Source of the DNA: Patescibacteria group bacterium | Lineage (GTDB): Bacteria; Patescibacteriota; Minisyncoccia; UBA6257; 2-01-FULL-56-20 | Direction of reading: 5' to 3' | Assembly: GCA_024654525.1 (NCBI GenBank) | Contig: JANLHI010000021.1 | Coordinates: 1,969 to 65,968 of the forward strand | Length of the DNA stretch: 64,000 nucleotides | Shown: piece by piece, positions 45,105 through 55,201 of the stretch | Position numbering within the stretch: position 1 is the stretch's first letter | How the letters are laid out: each line of letters starts with the position of its first letter | The notes under the pieces: model-generated | Seen by the model: only the letters and a program-made list of their open reading frames with translations | Told to the model about the DNA's origin: nothing | The model's database searches: none | Position numbers and translations under genes: made by a program

Positions 45105-45518
45105 TTATTCTTTTGAAATTATGCGACTCTTAAACGGAAGTTTATATGCGGCACGGCGCAATGCACCTTTTGCAGTTTCCGGATCCACACCATCCACCTC
45201 AAATACCACACGTCCCGGCAACACGCGCGCTACATAATGATCGACACTCCCCTTACCTCCTCCCATTGTCGTTTCCGGAGGACGCTTGGTGATTGGCTTA
45301 TCGGGAAATACACGAATCCACATTCTTCCGCGCCGATTCAAATATCCCGTAATGGCTTTCCGAGCGGCTTCAATTTGGCGAGAATTAAATCGCGCAGACT
45401 CCAAAGCCTTAAGCCCGAATTGCCCATATGCGACCGTAAGACCCCGTGTTTCCACGACGCGCTTTCGCGATCGTCCTTTGTGCCATTTTCGGTGTTTTAC
45501 TTTTTTCGGGATAAGCAT
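45105..45518 (-). CDS. rplP: 50S ribosomal protein L16
   Basis: [16 protein letters not shown] start. Confidence 0.9.
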   Translation of the reverse strand: MLIPKKVKHRKWHKGRSRKRVVETRGLTVAYGQFGLKALESARFNSRQIEAARKAITGYLNRRGRMWIRVFPDKPITKRPPETTMGGGKGSVDHYVARVLPGRVVFEVDGVDPETAKGALRRAAYKLPFKSRIISKE

Positions 45519-45555
45519 GGTAGAAAATAAAAGGTGTAAATATCAAAATAAAAAA

Positions 45556-46275
45556 TTATTGAGTTTCACCTCGCGAAACATCTTCATTTTTATCTTTGAC
45601 TTTTGAATTTTGATCTTGAAAAATCTCTCCTTTGTATACCCATACCTTAATACCTATAGTTCCGAATGTGGTGAACGCCGTTCCCTTGCCGTAGTCGATA
45701 TCCGCACGCAACGTCTGCAACGGAAGAGATCCACGCGATAACCATTCACGGCGCGCTATTTCATTCCCATTAAGTCTTCCGCTCAAAAGAATTTTTGCGC
45801 CTTTTACTTCCTTATTCTGCATTATCTGCTCAAGTTGTTTCTTCATTGCACGTCTAAACGGAAGGCGTTTCTCAAGGTCCCATGCAATTTGTTGCGCAAT
45901 ATATATCGCAGAGACTTGTGAGCGTTTCAGTTCTTCTACGTTCACGCTCAATGCCGACGCGGGTCCCTTCAAAACTCCCTTTCGGACTGCGCGAAGCGCC
46001 TTCTCAATCGCCTTAGTAAGATCTTCAATTCCCTTACCTCCGCGTCCGATAATAAACCCTGGACGTGCCGCTTGAATAGCAATCCTTAAATTATTAGAAG
46101 TCCTTTCAATTTCAAGCGCCGAAACTCCTGCCTGCTGTATCTTTTCTTTCACCACGCGGCGAATAGCCTCGTCTTCTTCAAGGAATTTTCCATAGCCGCC
46201 CTTAAGTAACCATCGAGATGACCAGTTTCGCACTATTCCGGTACGAAATGAAATTGGATTAATTTTCTGTCCCAT
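45556..46275 (-). CDS. rpsC: 30S ribosomal protein S3
   Basis: MGQKINPISFR start, KH domain. Confidence 0.9.
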   Translation of the reverse strand: MGQKINPISFRTGIVRNWSSRWLLKGGYGKFLEEDEAIRRVVKEKIQQAGVSALEIERTSNNLRIAIQAARPGFIIGRGGKGIEDLTKAIEKALRAVRKGVLKGPASALSVNVEELKRSQVSAIYIAQQIAWDLEKRLPFRRAMKKQLEQIMQNKEVKGAKILLSGRLNGNEIARREWLSRGSLPLQTLRADIDYGKGTAFTTFGTIGIKVWVYKGEIFQDQNSKVKDKNEDVSRGETQ

Positions 46276-46335
46276 AGGATTGACTAGTGACTTATACCAT
46301 ATAACAACGGATATGTCGTAATTCGTTATTAATTA

Positions 46336-46854
46336 TTAGACTGATTTTCTTTGGAACATCTTTTTCCAAAATCCATTCTGCCGACGCGAACCTTTTTGCA
46401 TGGGCATTTCGTCAATGCCTCCTTCTTTTTGTTTATCTTGTGTTTTCTTTGTGCGTGATGCAACCGGGGCTTTTTTCTTTTTTGGCGCGGGTATGAACGT
46501 AAACTTCGGTGTCTTTGCTCTTTCATCTTCAACGAGCACCATCATAATATTGCTCATTTTCTTCTGAATTGGAGACGCCATTCCTCGTGCGCGTGGCAAA
46601 TGCCTCTTAAGCATCGGTCCTTGGTCAACACGAATTTCTTTCACTATAAGACGAGTGTTGTCCATTTTTTTCTGCTTTGCATTGGCAACTGCCGAACGTA
46701 GCAACTTCAGTAATGGCACCGCCGCGCGGCGGCGATGTAAAAGAAGCTCCGCTTCTGCATCGTTCACCATTCTGCCACGAATAAGACCTGCAACTGCACG
46801 CACTTTGCGCGGTGTCATGTGAAGATATCTAAGTTGTGCGGAAGCGTTTTTCAT
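46336..46854 (-). CDS. rplV: 50S ribosomal protein L22 with a long basic C-terminal extension
   Basis: L22 core followed by a Lys/Gln-rich tail of about 60 aa. Confidence 0.8.
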   Translation of the reverse strand: MKNASAQLRYLHMTPRKVRAVAGLIRGRMVNDAEAELLLHRRRAAVPLLKLLRSAVANAKQKKMDNTRLIVKEIRVDQGPMLKRHLPRARGMASPIQKKMSNIMMVLVEDERAKTPKFTFIPAPKKKKAPVASRTKKTQDKQKEGGIDEMPMQKGSRRQNGFWKKMFQRKSV

Positions 46855-46860
46855 ATTGCG

Positions 46861-47187
46861 TTATTTTTTTCCTCCCCCAGCTTGAGCCGCCGGCGCCGTT
46901 GGCGCCGAACCTTGTTCAATATCGCGTTGCATTTTACCGCCGTGTTTGACGAATTTTCTCGTAAGAGAAAATTCTCCAAGTCGGTGTCCTACCATATCCT
47001 CATTGACTCTGACTTCGATAAAATCTTTTCCATTATGAACCGAGAACGCAAACCCCACCATTTCCGGAGCGATTTCCGAATCACGGGACCATGTTTTGAT
47101 TATCGGAGCTTGTTCCGGCTTTAACCCTGCAATCTTTTTAAGAAGTTTTGGGTCTACGTAGGGGCCTTTTTTTGTTGAACGACTCAT
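46861..47187 (-). CDS. rpsS: 30S ribosomal protein S19
   Basis: [12 protein letters not shown] start; Gly/Ala-rich C-terminal tail. Confidence 0.9.
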   Translation of the reverse strand: MSRSTKKGPYVDPKLLKKIAGLKPEQAPIIKTWSRDSEIAPEMVGFAFSVHNGKDFIEVRVNEDMVGHRLGEFSLTRKFVKHGGKMQRDIEQGSAPTAPAAQAGGGKK

Positions 47188-47200
47188 ATAAATTTAAATA

Positions 47201-48031
47201 TTATTTTTTAGGACGCCGCGAAACAATAAGTGGATTTGACCATTTTTTCTTGCTGCGGGTCTTGTGTCCACCGGTCACCTTGCCCCACATCGTTTTCGGT
47301 TTTCGCGTACCACGAGGCTGACTTCCCTCTCCTCCACCGTAAGGATGATCCACGGGGTTCATCGCTTTGCCGCGTACCGTAGGACGAACACCTTTCCAAC
47401 GGGATCGTCCCGCTTTTCCGATAACCACTAAACTGTGTTCCGGATTGGAAACTTGTCCCAAAGAAGCGAATGACTCCCATGATACCCGTCGTACCGCTCC
47501 CGATGAAAGTTTCACGTCCGTTGTCCCCTCCGCATTCGCGAGTACTTCTCCGTAGGAACCTGCGGAGCGAGCAAGCACCCCTCCACTCCCCGGGCGTGTT
47601 TCTATATTATGTATTTGATACCCCAAAGGAATATTTTTAAGCTTCATCCTGTTTCCTGTAATAAAAGGAGCTTCGTCTGCGACAAGAATACTGTCTCCCA
47701 CTTTGATGCCGTGAGGGGCGATGATATATCGCACTTCTTTATCGGCATACTCCACGCGCGCGATAAACGATGTCCGATATGGATCATATTCAAGCGCAAT
47801 AACCTTCGCAGGCTCGTTGTATTTATTTTGCATAAAATCCACCATCCGATACCGCCGTTTTGCACCACCACCCTGATGACGCATGGTGATTCTTCCTTGA
47901 GAGTTTCTTCCGGCATGAGATTTGAGAGTTATCAGCAACTTCTTCACGGGTCTCACCTTGCTTAAAACAGTCCGATAATCAATACCGGTAATGAATCGCC
48001 GTGAAGGCGTATATGGTTTGTACGATTTCAT
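47201..48031 (-). CDS. rplB: 50S ribosomal protein L2
   Basis: Conserved L2 sequence including GGGAKRRYR. Confidence 0.9.
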   Translation of the reverse strand: MKSYKPYTPSRRFITGIDYRTVLSKVRPVKKLLITLKSHAGRNSQGRITMRHQGGGAKRRYRMVDFMQNKYNEPAKVIALEYDPYRTSFIARVEYADKEVRYIIAPHGIKVGDSILVADEAPFITGNRMKLKNIPLGYQIHNIETRPGSGGVLARSAGSYGEVLANAEGTTDVKLSSGAVRRVSWESFASLGQVSNPEHSLVVIGKAGRSRWKGVRPTVRGKAMNPVDHPYGGGEGSQPRGTRKPKTMWGKVTGGHKTRSKKKWSNPLIVSRRPKK

Positions 48032-48036
48032 GTTCT

Positions 48037-48318
48037 CTATTTCATTACATCAATTACTTCTCCTTTCTTCAAAGTGACAATTGCCTTTTTCTTTCCGCTC
48101 GTCACACTGTATTTAGCGCCCATTCTTTTCGGCTTTCCGGGAAGACGTACAATATTAACATCGGTGATATGCACGCCATATAATTTCTCTATCGCTTTTC
48201 TTATTTCTGGTTTTGTAGAGTCGGGTCGTACAATAAAAACATATTTCCCTTCGTTTGTGAAGGAAGCCGCTTTCTCGGTAATTAAAGGTTTTTGAATCGG
48301 AAATCTGCTATTGTTCAT
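48037..48318 (-). CDS. rplW: 50S ribosomal protein L23
   Basis: Conserved L23 sequence; operon position. Confidence 0.85.
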   Translation of the reverse strand: MNNSRFPIQKPLITEKAASFTNEGKYVFIVRPDSTKPEIRKAIEKLYGVHITDVNIVRLPGKPKRMGAKYSVTSGKKKAIVTLKKGEVIDVMK

Positions 48319-48956
48319 TGTCGTGTAAAGTGACGAGACATATATGCAATCGCGTCTTTATCTATATAAATCTGCTTGTAATTCACGATGTCGTATACGT
48401 TTAACGAAGACGGATGTATTGCTTTTACCTTCGGAAGGTTTGAAGCGGCACGAAATATCCCTTTTTCCTGATCATTAGGAATCAAAAGCGCATTAATTGT
48501 AGCGCGCGACGACACAGATCCAAGCACCCTTAATGTAGCGGCAAACGCTTTTGTTTTCGGCTCCGCATGAAGACCGTCAATTATTTTTATTTCATCGAGA
48601 CGAAGCTTCTTTGAAAGCGCGGAGAACATCGCCACGCGATTCATTTTTTTATTTATTTTCTGCTCATAGTTTCTTTCTTTTTGCGGTCCATGCGATTTTC
48701 CTCCTCCCACCCAAAGAGGCGATCGAATAGAACCGTGGCGCGCACGTCCGGTCCCTTTTTGTCTCCATGGCTTTTTCCCTCCACCACGCACTTCACCTCG
48801 TCCTTTTGCATGCGCCCATGGACGTCGCTGATTTGCCCGAAACGCAGTAAGTACTTGCGCCACAAGAGTAGGACGCCATCGCTCACTAAACATACCGTCG
48901 GGAACTTCAACCTCCCCAACCGCCTCATTCTTCAAATTATATATTGCGACCTTCAT
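48315..48956 (-). CDS. rplD: 50S ribosomal protein L4
   Basis: Conserved L4 sequence; operon position. Confidence 0.85.
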   Translation of the reverse strand: MKVAIYNLKNEAVGEVEVPDGMFSERWRPTLVAQVLTAFRANQRRPWAHAKGRGEVRGGGKKPWRQKGTGRARHGSIRSPLWVGGGKSHGPQKERNYEQKINKKMNRVAMFSALSKKLRLDEIKIIDGLHAEPKTKAFAATLRVLGSVSSRATINALLIPNDQEKGIFRAASNLPKVKAIHPSSLNVYDIVNYKQIYIDKDAIAYMSRHFTRQ

Positions 48957-48984
48957 GGTATAAAAATAAATTAGCGATGAAATA

Positions 48985-49530
48985 TTATGTGTTTATTTTT
49001 ACAATTTCTACAACGCCATCCCGCGCACCCGGCACCGCACCCTTTATAAAAAGAAGATTATTGTCCTTATCAACACTCACAATTTTCAAATTTTTTATTG
49101 TTACTCTATCCGTTCCCATATGTCCTGCCATTTTCTTTCCAGGAAGCACTCGCTGAGGAGACGTGTTCCCAATTGATCCGGGCATACGAAGCCTGTTTTT
49201 TTGTCCGTGCGTCTTTGGCCCCCCTCCGAATCCATGACGTTTTACCACTCCTTGATACCCTCTCCCCTTGGTGGTGCCACTCACCCGAACAGTGTCTCCC
49301 TCTTTGAATCCATCAACGCCCACAGAATCCCCCATCTTGAGCGCACTTTCTTTTACTTTAAATTCTTTTTTTTCTTTTCCCATGGCAAGTTGCACCGCGT
49401 GATATCCATCTCGCTCCGCAGTACGCACTAAAGACACCGTATTCGGCATTGCACGAACCACGGTCACAGAGACTATTTTTTTCTCTTGCCATACCTGATC
49501 CGTTTTTATTTTTTTCCCGAGAATAAACAT
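48985..49530 (-). CDS. rplC: 50S ribosomal protein L3
   Basis: Conserved L3 sequence. Start set at the internal Met MFILGKKIK. Confidence 0.85.
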   Translation of the reverse strand: MFILGKKIKTDQVWQEKKIVSVTVVRAMPNTVSLVRTAERDGYHAVQLAMGKEKKEFKVKESALKMGDSVGVDGFKEGDTVRVSGTTKGRGYQGVVKRHGFGGGPKTHGQKNRLRMPGSIGNTSPQRVLPGKKMAGHMGTDRVTIKNLKIVSVDKDNNLLFIKGAVPGARDGVVEIVKINT

Positions 49531-49852
49531 ATAACTAATAAAAATCGCCCAAGGCGTACCCTGAGCGGGAAACGTCCTTGTGCAATCCTTCACAACCCTG
49601 AAATTTCTAAGTGAGGGATCATTAAAGAGACTGGAACATGATATAGCAGTGCTCCTATAATGTCAAACGAAGATATTCCTTCAACTGCCAGGTATTTCCA
49701 TGGGAAAGTAATCCCGCGTACGACGCGATGGTTTCCGATGTTGAACCACTTTTGATCCTTTTAAACATTCGATGTTTTGTAAGCGTCCGCAACACGCATG
49801 GTACCAAAAATGCAAAACTCCGGCGATTGCTCATCGGAGTTCCGCGACTGTC

Positions 49853-49872
49853 CCTGCCTGCCGGCAGGCAGG
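49853..49872. repeat. Perfect 20-bp palindrome CCTGCCTGCCGGCAGGCAGG (copy 2), inside the rpsJ-rplC spacer
   Basis: Exact match to the copy at 29508..29527. Confidence 0.8.
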
Positions 49873-49880
49873 AGCGTGTA

Positions 49881-50216
49881 TTAGACCATCTTTATCTCGA
49901 TATCCACCCCCGCCGGGAGGTTGAGATTTCCGAGAGATTCGATGATTTTCTGATTCGGATTCAAGATATCCACCAACCGCTTATGCATTCGGAGCTCGAA
50001 CTGCTCACGCGAATCCTTATGCACAAAAGTGGAGCGGTTTACTGTATATTTTTTCGTTTCGGTGGGCAAAGGAATCGGTCCTACCACTTTCGCATCGTTA
50101 CGCTCCGCCGCATCTATAATTTGACGCGCAGAAGAATCGATCAATTTATGATCATACGATCGAATCCTCAGCCGAAGCTTTTGCGGAAAGTCAGTTTCTT
50201 GTTGTTTCTTTGCCAT
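49881..50216 (-). CDS. rpsJ: 30S ribosomal protein S10
   Basis: Conserved S10 sequence ([13 protein letters not shown]...). Confidence 0.9.
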   Translation of the reverse strand: MAKKQQETDFPQKLRLRIRSYDHKLIDSSARQIIDAAERNDAKVVGPIPLPTETKKYTVNRSTFVHKDSREQFELRMHKRLVDILNPNQKIIESLGNLNLPAGVDIEIKMV

Positions 50217-50253
50217 ATTAAGGATGCGAGAAAATCAAAGTTCAAAATTTTTC

Positions 50254-51453
50254 TTACTTGGAAATTTTGGTAACCACTCCCGCACCGACTGTCTTGCCTC
50301 CTTCACGAATTGCGAAGCGCTGTTTTTCTTCGAGTGCAACCGGAGAGATGAGCTTTACGGTAACTTTTACCGTATCGCCAGGCATTACCATTTCCGTTCC
50401 TTCCGGCAAGGTTACGTCTCCAGTCACATCGGTAGTACGAATGTAGAACTGAGGCTTATATCCGCTGAAAAACGGTGAATGTCGTCCTCCTTCGTCTTTT
50501 GAAAGCACATATACCTCTGCTTCAAAATCGGTGTGAGGAGTAACACTTCCCGGCTTTGCAATAACCTGTCCACGCTCGACGTCTTCCTTCTTAAGACCTC
50601 GAAGCAAGATACCCACATTATCACCGGCCATACCATCATCAAGAAGTTTGTTAAACATTTCGATTCCGGTAACTACGGTTTTCTGCGTCGGACGAAGACC
50701 GATGATTTCAGCTTCTTCATTCACTTTTACCTGTCCACGCTCGATTCTTCCCGTTGCCACCGTACCACGTCCTTCAATAGAGAAAATGTCTTCAATGGGC
50801 ATAAGGAATGGTTTGTCGAGATCGCGAACCGGATCCGGCACATATTCATCAAGTGCGCTGATAAGATCCAAAATTGGCTTTGCGTCCGCATCTTCAAGAG
50901 ACTTTGTATTTAATGCTTTAAGCGCAGAACCGCGGATAATCGGAGTGGTGTCGCCAGGGAATTCATACTTCTTAAGAAGTTCCCGCACTTCAGATTCCAC
51001 AAGGTCAATAAGCTCCGGATCATCAACCTGATCAACTTTATTGAGAAACACTACAATCGCCGGCACACCTACCTGACGCGCCAAAAGGATATGTTCCCGC
51101 GTCTGAGGCATCGGCCCATCCGCGGCGGACACCACAAGCACTGCACCGTCCATCTGGGCGGCGCCAGTAATCATGTTCTTGATATAATCGGCATGTCCCG
51201 GCGCATCAATGTGCGCATAGTGACGCTTTTCAGATTCATATTCGGAGTGGTGAAGCGCAATTGTAATACCACGCGCTTTTTCTTCAGGCGCATTGTCAAT
51301 TTGATCAACTGCCTCTTCTTTCTTTGCCCAACCCTTCAAAAACAGGACGTGCGTCAACGCCGCCGTAAGGGTCGTCTTACCGTGGTCAACGTGTCCGATG
51401 GTTCCCACATTTACGTGCGGTTTCGCCCGATTAAACTTCTCTTTTTCTGCCAT
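50254..51453 (-). CDS. tuf: Elongation factor Tu
   Basis: [18 protein letters not shown] and NKVD GTPase motifs; 399 aa. Confidence 0.95.
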   Translation of the reverse strand: MAEKEKFNRAKPHVNVGTIGHVDHGKTTLTAALTHVLFLKGWAKKEEAVDQIDNAPEEKARGITIALHHSEYESEKRHYAHIDAPGHADYIKNMITGAAQMDGAVLVVSAADGPMPQTREHILLARQVGVPAIVVFLNKVDQVDDPELIDLVESEVRELLKKYEFPGDTTPIIRGSALKALNTKSLEDADAKPILDLISALDEYVPDPVRDLDKPFLMPIEDIFSIEGRGTVATGRIERGQVKVNEEAEIIGLRPTQKTVVTGIEMFNKLLDDGMAGDNVGILLRGLKKEDVERGQVIAKPGSVTPHTDFEAEVYVLSKDEGGRHSPFFSGYKPQFYIRTTDVTGDVTLPEGTEMVMPGDTVKVTVKLISPVALEEKQRFAIREGGKTVGAGVVTKISK

Positions 51454-51619
51454 GGAATTCCTAAGTTTTTATTTAGTATTACGACTTGTGTATTGATTGT
51501 ATGAATATATTAGAGATTGTCAAATCATACTCGCCTGGGGACAACGCACCAAAATTTGATAGCGCTGATGTGCCTACGGCGATACTCCATAAATAAACAG
51601 TGTGCCATAATAAATCTAC

Positions 51620-53176
51620 ATGAGACATTATCCTTTCTACCTTTTATTCATTGCCGTATATCCGGCTTTGTTTTTCTACTCAAAAAACTCATGGCTTTTC
51701 CCTCTAAGTGACACTGCAATAACATTTGGGATCCTCGTTTTAATCGCCACAATACTTTGGTGGCTTTTAACGATGACCTGTGGAAACAAGCATAAAAGCG
51801 GAATTGTCGTCTCTCTTTTATTTTTAATATTTTTCTCCTACGGTCCCATATCACAATTACTCATTGCGCTAGGACACAACCTTATCCGCATACGCCATGT
51901 CGTGGGATTGTGTATTGCTATATTTTGCATAGGAACATTCGCGGTACTCCAAACCCGAAAAAATCTAGACGCGGTTGAACGCACTCTTACCATAACATCA
52001 TTTTTTCTTACAAGTATTGTGGTTTTACAACTTTCATTCTTCGGTCTTCAATATTTTGCTGCAACACAAGAGATTCAATACGCCAACAACGCACCGACTG
52101 CACAAGGATACGCAACAAAAAACAATAATAGCTCTCCGGTACGTCGCGATGTTTACTATTTACTCCTTGACGGATATGCCCGCTATGACACCATAGAGCA
52201 ATTCTTTGGTTATTCCAACAAAGAATTCTATGATTTTTTGGGAAAAAATAAGTTTTCCATCGCAAATAAGAGTACCAGTAACTACAGCTTCACACTTCTT
52301 TCACTTGCATCATCACTTAACATGGAATACCTCGACGATTTAACAACACGCTACTCTCCTACCACGGAAACAACTGCCGGGAATACTGCGTCGCTACGCG
52401 TAAGAATAGAAAACAATGCATTGCAACATTTTTTTAAATCCAATGGCTATAAATTTGTTTATGTAAGTTCCGGATCATTCGCTCCTACCTCTCGCAACAA
52501 CAATGCAGACATAAACCTATCATGGGATATCTCAAAGTCGTCATTTGGAGGAAATGCTTTTCTTTCTTCTTTCCTTTATGAATTCTCGATGCTGAGACCA
52601 CTGTATATGGAAAACAAACTCAACCATAGCTTCCTCGACACTGGCGAAGGAGTGCTTTATGCATTTGACTCGCTGGAACGCACCGCAACGCGGAAAAATC
52701 GCGATCCCCTATTTGCTTTCGCACACATCCTCGCACCACACCCTCCTTTTACCCTGAATAACGACTGTATGCGGATTCCGCCACGCACCATTCTTACACC
52801 AGAGGAAGATGATGCGGGATATGTTAGCAAACTTATATGCACCAACAAACTCCTTGAAAACCTAATCACTACGATACTAGATCAGCCGGGTCCCGCTCCA
52901 ATCATAGTCCTCCAAAGCGATCATGGTTTTACAAGTAGTCGCGTATCCGCTAAAGACACTCCTTCTGTCCGTATGAGAAATTTTACCGCTTTATACCTCC
53001 CCGACGGCGGAGAAAACATAATATATCCCTCCATTACACCCGTAAATATATTTCCGCGTATCTTTAACTATTATTTCGATACAGAATTTCCCTCCATGAA
53101 AGACTCAAATTTTTATATGCCTTCAGAAAAATATATTTATGACCTTCGCGATATTACCGAAGCAAACAAACCGTAA
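51620..53176 (+). CDS. Membrane-anchored sulfatase/alkaline-phosphatase-superfamily protein (LTA-synthase/phosphoglycerol-transferase-like)
   Basis: Five N-terminal TM helices followed by an extracytoplasmic domain with QSDHG and other sulfatase-family features. Confidence 0.55.
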   Translation: MRHYPFYLLFIAVYPALFFYSKNSWLFPLSDTAITFGILVLIATILWWLLTMTCGNKHKSGIVVSLLFLIFFSYGPISQLLIALGHNLIRIRHVVGLCIAIFCIGTFAVLQTRKNLDAVERTLTITSFFLTSIVVLQLSFFGLQYFAATQEIQYANNAPTAQGYATKNNNSSPVRRDVYYLLLDGYARYDTIEQFFGYSNKEFYDFLGKNKFSIANKSTSNYSFTLLSLASSLNMEYLDDLTTRYSPTTETTAGNTASLRVRIENNALQHFFKSNGYKFVYVSSGSFAPTSRNNNADINLSWDISKSSFGGNAFLSSFLYEFSMLRPLYMENKLNHSFLDTGEGVLYAFDSLERTATRKNRDPLFAFAHILAPHPPFTLNNDCMRIPPRTILTPEEDDAGYVSKLICTNKLLENLITTILDQPGPAPIIVLQSDHGFTSSRVSAKDTPSVRMRNFTALYLPDGGENIIYPSITPVNIFPRIFNYYFDTEFPSMKDSNFYMPSEKYIYDLRDITEANKP

Positions 53177-53229
53177 TACTACATCATTTCGACTAAACAA
53201 ATACCCTTTCGTGACGCCAAAATGAGAGA

Positions 53230-54618
53230 CTATCCTCCTACGGTACGAGAAAGTAAGTATAAAATGCGGCTAGATCCTTCAACTTTATGACGAGATACGA
53301 TAGTAAAATATTCTCCAAAGGATTTTTCAAATCCTCGTTCATGGTACTCGGGAAATATATCCTTTCTTCCAGAAAGCAACTTTTGAACATTTGAATCTTG
53401 TTTCGGTGCAAATTCCACAATCGTATATTTACATAGATTGGAAAAATATTCTGCAATCATCGAGAGAGGTATATTGCGTCCAATGGCAAGATGATGCACT
53501 AATGCAAGCGCGAGAAGCATATCCGCGGGACCTCTCTCTACGAGAGACGACCATTCCTTGCCCGCCCATCCAATACCGGGACTTGGATTACATATATCCA
53601 GTATGAGTGGCAAAATATTATCCTCTCTATGTGTCTTCACCGACAAATAATTTGATTCCACACAATCAGTATCATAATCAAATGATATGGTAACAATGCC
53701 TTTTTTACTCGCACAACGGCTAAAACACCCCGTATTCGCTCCAATATCCCACACAAGATTTGGGTTTATTTCATCTATCCACGATTCGATTACCACTTTT
53801 TTATCATGAAACGACTCCGAAGAATAATTATTCGTTACTTCATAATAATCAGACCATCCTTGCAATACAGGACGATATTGAAGGGCTGATATTGCATTCC
53901 GCAAACTCTCAAGAATAGAAATAAGCTGACGAGCATCAATTTTTCCCCGCGTGGAAGAATCCGCACAAATATAATGCCCGCGCACCGTACGCCGTTGAAA
54001 ACGCGCGTGTAATCGAAGATGGAGCAGAAGAGAAGGATGGAAAGATGTCCGAAATGGCAGAAGTGAAACCGCCAAATCAAGCGGGATTCCTTCGGGATAA
54101 ATTCTCCACAAACGTCCCAAACGCACATCACCAAAACTCATGAGCGCGAGCGGTGCAAGAAAATGTTCGCAAAACTGGCGATATGCAATCCATGGTGATC
54201 CCTTTTGATATTCTTCGAATGATAGAGTATCGATAAATATCGGGCGGCCATGAAAAAACTGAATATTGTACGCGGAAGCATCCTTTAAGACCATGCCAAA
54301 ATCCAATGCCCGCCGCGCAACATCAAGCATACAAAGCGCCGCATCTTTCATTTCGCTAAAACACCTTTCATATGGATAAGAAATAAAAGGAATTTGCTCC
54401 GGCAAGAGAGTAATACCCCCATCGGCATCCCGGGAAATCTCTTCATGACGTACTAGCACACCGCGGTCTATCAAATCGTGATAAAGCCCTGAACTCATAA
54501 GTAGATCGTATTGCGGAACATATTCCGATTGTACTTTTCTGTGTACTTTCCCATCACGACGGAACACAAATCCGCTGGGATCACGAAACGAAGTATTAGC
54601 AAGGCGATTCTCTGTCAT
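53230..54618 (-). CDS. Two-domain protein with a C-terminal class I SAM-dependent methyltransferase
   Basis: SAM-binding motif VWDIGANTGCFSRCASKKG and ALALVHHL (post-motif II). The N-terminal roughly 250 aa is uncharacterised. Confidence 0.5.
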   Translation of the reverse strand: MTENRLANTSFRDPSGFVFRRDGKVHRKVQSEYVPQYDLLMSSGLYHDLIDRGVLVRHEEISRDADGGITLLPEQIPFISYPYERCFSEMKDAALCMLDVARRALDFGMVLKDASAYNIQFFHGRPIFIDTLSFEEYQKGSPWIAYRQFCEHFLAPLALMSFGDVRLGRLWRIYPEGIPLDLAVSLLPFRTSFHPSLLLHLRLHARFQRRTVRGHYICADSSTRGKIDARQLISILESLRNAISALQYRPVLQGWSDYYEVTNNYSSESFHDKKVVIESWIDEINPNLVWDIGANTGCFSRCASKKGIVTISFDYDTDCVESNYLSVKTHREDNILPLILDICNPSPGIGWAGKEWSSLVERGPADMLLALALVHHLAIGRNIPLSMIAEYFSNLCKYTIVEFAPKQDSNVQKLLSGRKDIFPEYHERGFEKSFGEYFTIVSRHKVEGSSRILYLLSRTVGG

Positions 54619-54931
54619 TGCCTGATTCTAATTTTTGTTTTCTATCCTCATGCGTGTCCTTTCTTCTTCGGAAAGGAGCTACTATTATATGCATTATTTT
54701 TCCTCTTAACGAGCGGAATGCTACCGTAATTCCAAACACTGTTCCCAAAAAAAGTTGAAATAAATAACTTCCCGTCCCCGGATCAATATATGCATAACTA
54801 TTCCACGGCATTAACGCAACAAATGCAAATATCCATAGTGTTCTCTCATATATTGTCATGGTATGCATTGTATCAAATCCACAGCGTATCGTTTTCTTAA
54901 ATTCCGAATTCCACTTCCTTTCCACAATCAA
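54596..54931 (-). CDS. Small hypothetical membrane protein
   Basis: ORF with two hydrophobic segments; weak support only. Confidence 0.2.
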   Translation of the reverse strand: MIVERKWNSEFKKTIRCGFDTMHTMTIYERTLWIFAFVALMPWNSYAYIDPGTGSYLFQLFLGTVFGITVAFRSLRGKIMHIIVAPFRRRKDTHEDRKQKLESGNDRESPC

Positions 54932-55201
54932 CTACTCGTCACCCCGGTAATGGTGAAATATTTTGTATTACTCACTCCCCCTGCATTCTGCACCTGTACG
55001 GAATATATGCCAGGAGGATAGGAGGGTACGGTAGCAGTAAGAGAAGCACCCACCGCGGAACGCATATTAGATGAGGTAGTGCGTCCATGGGTATCTGAAA
55101 ACGTAATGAGATTGTCTTTATCTGTAGCAAATCCTTGCCCTACGATGGTAAGCGATACACAAGATATCATAAGTGCATGATATCACATCGCACTAACCTC
55201 T

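Noticed and set aside
49728-50273. Plus-strand ORF of 181 aa spanning the rpsJ-rplC spacer and rpsJ
   Set aside because: Mostly antisense to rpsJ and tuf. Composition is not protein-like. The spacer is treated as noncoding.
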